A stretch of 63,183 bases of DNA, counting the filler, from Perkinsus olseni (lineage: Eukaryota), in the NCBI GenBank assembly GCA_013115125.1. It is 39 parts of 39 records of this genome, joined end to end, with 100 filler letters (N's around TTAATTAATTAA, not from the genome) between each part and the next. Parts side by side here need not be neighbours in the genome. Positions count along the whole stretch, not along the records: positions 60,114 to 61,599 come from JABANN010001872.1; positions 61,700 to 63,183 come from JABANN010001873.1; 37 more parts are not named here. One strand, given 5' to 3'. The notes beneath the pieces are model-generated. The model made no database searches, was not told the DNA's origin, and was given only the letters and a program-made list of their open reading frames with translations. Of this stretch, positions 60,880 through 63,183 are shown one piece after another (the first letter of the stretch is position 1; each line of letters begins with the position of its first letter). The position numbers and the translations under genes are program-made.

Positions 60880-61699
60880 ACGAAGGGGGGTACACTGTAG
60901 AGTCGACAAATGAAACTATAAAATTTCATCAAAACTTTCAAGAAATTCCCGAGGGAGCGGGTGCCTGACAGGAATGCAAGGTGGGCCCCCATCGATGGGT
61001 AGGTAACCCATCGAGGGGTTGCAGTGCGAGCCTAGCCTTCAACAAGGCCTAGCACATTCTCGTTCGCCCGCTCCACACACGGGGAACGCTGTCCCAGCCC
61101 TTGCTCAACTGTTAAGCCTTAACACTCAATGTCGTTCATGTAGCATTGCTCGATGCGTTACTTGGTTTACCATACCAACATTACGGAACTGCCAGTTGAT
61201 ACGAACCCAAGGTTGACGTCAATCGGTGCGGCTTATCCTTAGCCCTGGAAACCCTGGGAGGGCGCCACTGATACCGTATGAGTTGTCTCCGTATGCTCCA
61301 TCCTTAGAAGTCTTAATTCTACCTCTATATCCGAGAGCGGAAGTACCTACAGGTTTGACAGACCTGGTTTGTAGGATTCGGATCTGGGTACTATGGATGT
61401 GCCGGCTAAGGCGAAACTTACCTCACTCTGGACGTGTGAGAAGCTATGACGAAATGTAGGAAACGATGTACTTGTTTGGGGATTCGCAATCGTGAGTTTC
61501 CTGGAGGCTTCGAAGCGAAGCGGTGCTGGCCATACCGATTAACCGGACTGAGTTATGGTGGCATTCTTCTAATTTGGCGCCATTGTTGCCACACATGCCN
61601 NNNNNNNNNNNNNNNNNNNNNNNNNNNNNNNNNNNNNNNNNNNTTAATTAATTAANNNNNNNNNNNNNNNNNNNNNNNNNNNNNNNNNNNNNNNNNNNN

Positions 61700-62656
61700 G
61701 TCCGTCCAGCCGACTCGATTTGTTGACGCGGTTATCAACCCCCTGATCCCCTCAGAGAAAGTCGCGTAGGATAAACGCATCCTCGTCCGCGGGTCAACGA
61801 GGAGGGGCGCTCCTTGGCGAGTACTCAGGACGCCAGTCCGATAGCCGTCGTACATGTATTGATAGAGCTGATGTACCAGGCATAGGATTCCCCCGCATGG
61901 CCGATTCTTGGCCTGCCGCGTGCAGCCTACTTTTACCACGACTCCCTGGCCATACTGATCGCATTTGCCCTCTCTGATGGTTAGCCGCACAATGTCCATG
62001 CCGTCCTGGGTGTCGAAGACCACGTCTTTGGTGTTGAGCGCCAAGCCTTCCCCCGCCCGGAGGACTGCAAACAGAGAGAGGAGCATGCCCATCTTTATCT
62101 CTCTCGATCCCGGCGCCACGTTGCGCATGCACTCGCGGGCTTCGTCGACTGTTATGGGCTCCATTCTATTCACCATCTGGCTTTCTCCTGTTGTTCTTTT
62201 GCCCACGGTCTTCAACACGCGCTTTAGATGGTCTTCTTCGATGCTCGAGAGCCTGTAGCCGTGTTCTAGATTCTTAGTCTTTACCCCGGCAACATACGTC
62301 TTTATGGTGCTTGCCTTGTAGTTCACTCTCGTCATGACATATGCGAAGACCATCAGCATCTCACCCGATCTCGGATAAGTGTCGGCTGGGGCGTTATCTC
62401 CCCATATGATATCCCTAAAGAGATTTTCGGCTGAGCTGTATGTTCTGCGGCTAGAGTCCGCCAGCGCGCCTGCCACCATCACCGCCACCTCATCCCGAAT
62501 GTCTACGCCAGCGTCTGCTGCTTGTCTCAGGAAGTCCCTCGCCCTTTGACGCCTCTCGGCCATGACTCTGTGCGAAGGAACTAAGCCCGTCAGGCCACGC
62601 GCTACCAACCTCCGTTGCAACTTAATACCACCGTGTTGACAGAAACACTCTCTCAC
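61700..62656 (-). mobile_element. Tyrosine recombinase of a DIRS/Ngaro-like retroelement, C-terminus truncated
   Basis: ALADSSRRTYSS and ASTIKTYVAGVK (SAM-like N-terminus), LRAGE (catalytic R), GKCDQ (K), LCLVHQL; start codon uncertain. Confidence 0.9.
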
Positions 62657-62800
62657 TCAAGCATGAGGTCATACTCAAATTGAGTAACTCAACCGATTCT
62701 TCGGGCTTAGAGGGTAGGGGCAGTCGTACCTAAGTTCCCCAAGCGGATGCTTGCCTCCCAGAGCTCGACTAGCCACGGGAGGTGGACCACTATTACTTGG

Positions 62801-63183
62801 TCATATCTCCTCGAGGTCCACTGCCACTCTTTCCCAATCCGGTGGCAGCGCTTTCGCACATCCTCTTGAAATATCGTCCGCTACCTTGTTATCGGCCGTA
62901 GCTATGCGCATGGGGAAGAAGTTGCCGTCGGTGAGATTTGACAGCGTGGATACCATCCTTCGCATGAGCATCGCCAGGCCTGCAGTTTTGGCATAAATCT
63001 TCGCCAGGATCGCTCTTGTGCTCTCATTGTCGGTCAGGACCGCAACGGTGCGTTCACATACGCCGTCCCTCCCTGCTTGGCGTCGAAGTCGCACCTTGAG
63101 GCCTAGGCATGCGCTCAAAAGCTCGAAAGCCACGATGTTGCGCGACTCTGCAGGCAGGCCACTATCCTTTAATAGGCAGCACC
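62801..63183 (-). mobile_element. DIRS1-type RNase H C-terminus
   Basis: NIVAFELLSA, LTDNES, IATADNKVADDISR, directly upstream of the recombinase on the same contig. Confidence 0.88.

Larger units (their letters stand above)
1569..61699. other. 38 artificial 100-bp contig linkers (N44-TTAATTAATTAA-N44); first 1569-1668, last 61600-61699
   Basis: Identical linker about every 1.6 kb with stops in all six frames; contig lengths never increase, running from 1568 to 1484 bp. Confidence 0.99.

Noticed and set aside
1569-61699. Regularly spaced TTAATTAATTAA as a biological repeat, and any operon or cluster reading across contigs
   Set aside because: Artificial linker embedded in Ns; contigs are size-sorted. 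ORFs ending in X-runs plus LIN or N are artefacts.
61700-62656. Phage integrase or bacterial contamination
   Set aside because: Linked on the same contig to a DIRS1-type RNase H, so it is a retroelement recombinase.

Overview
This window is not one locus. It is a pseudo-scaffold of 39 unrelated short contigs (1568 falling to 1484 bp, sorted by size), joined by 38 identical 100-bp linkers (44 N + TTAATTAATTAA + 44 N). Adjacency across a linker therefore means nothing. The source is a eukaryote, very likely Perkinsus (Perkinsozoa, Alveolata): genes have short GT-AG introns (about 45 nt), and three genomic copies match the Perkinsus-type spliced leader (SL) core CCGTAGCCATCTTGGCTCAAG. Host genes or fragments: FHA-domain protein, arginyl-tRNA synthetase, TBCD, tandem HSP70, two SDRs, a catalytically degenerate GH18-like protein, an Sfi1-like protein, several secreted orphan proteins and two tRNA-Ala(CGC). 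Many contigs are transposon pieces: Bel/Pao-like and Gypsy-like LTR elements, DIRS/Ngaro-like tyrosine-recombinase retroelements, hAT, MITEs and LINE remnants. Three observations stand out. (1) An SL copy sits inside an apparent LTR, and another inside a 300-bp insertion, suggesting retroelements that carry the host spliced leader. (2) A recurrent class of perfect 11-27 bp palindromes has 1-nt or 3-nt centres. (3) A 118-bp insert flanked by a target-site duplication (TSD) shares a conserved, possibly structured motif with another contig. All family assignments come from motif recognition by eye, not from database searches.
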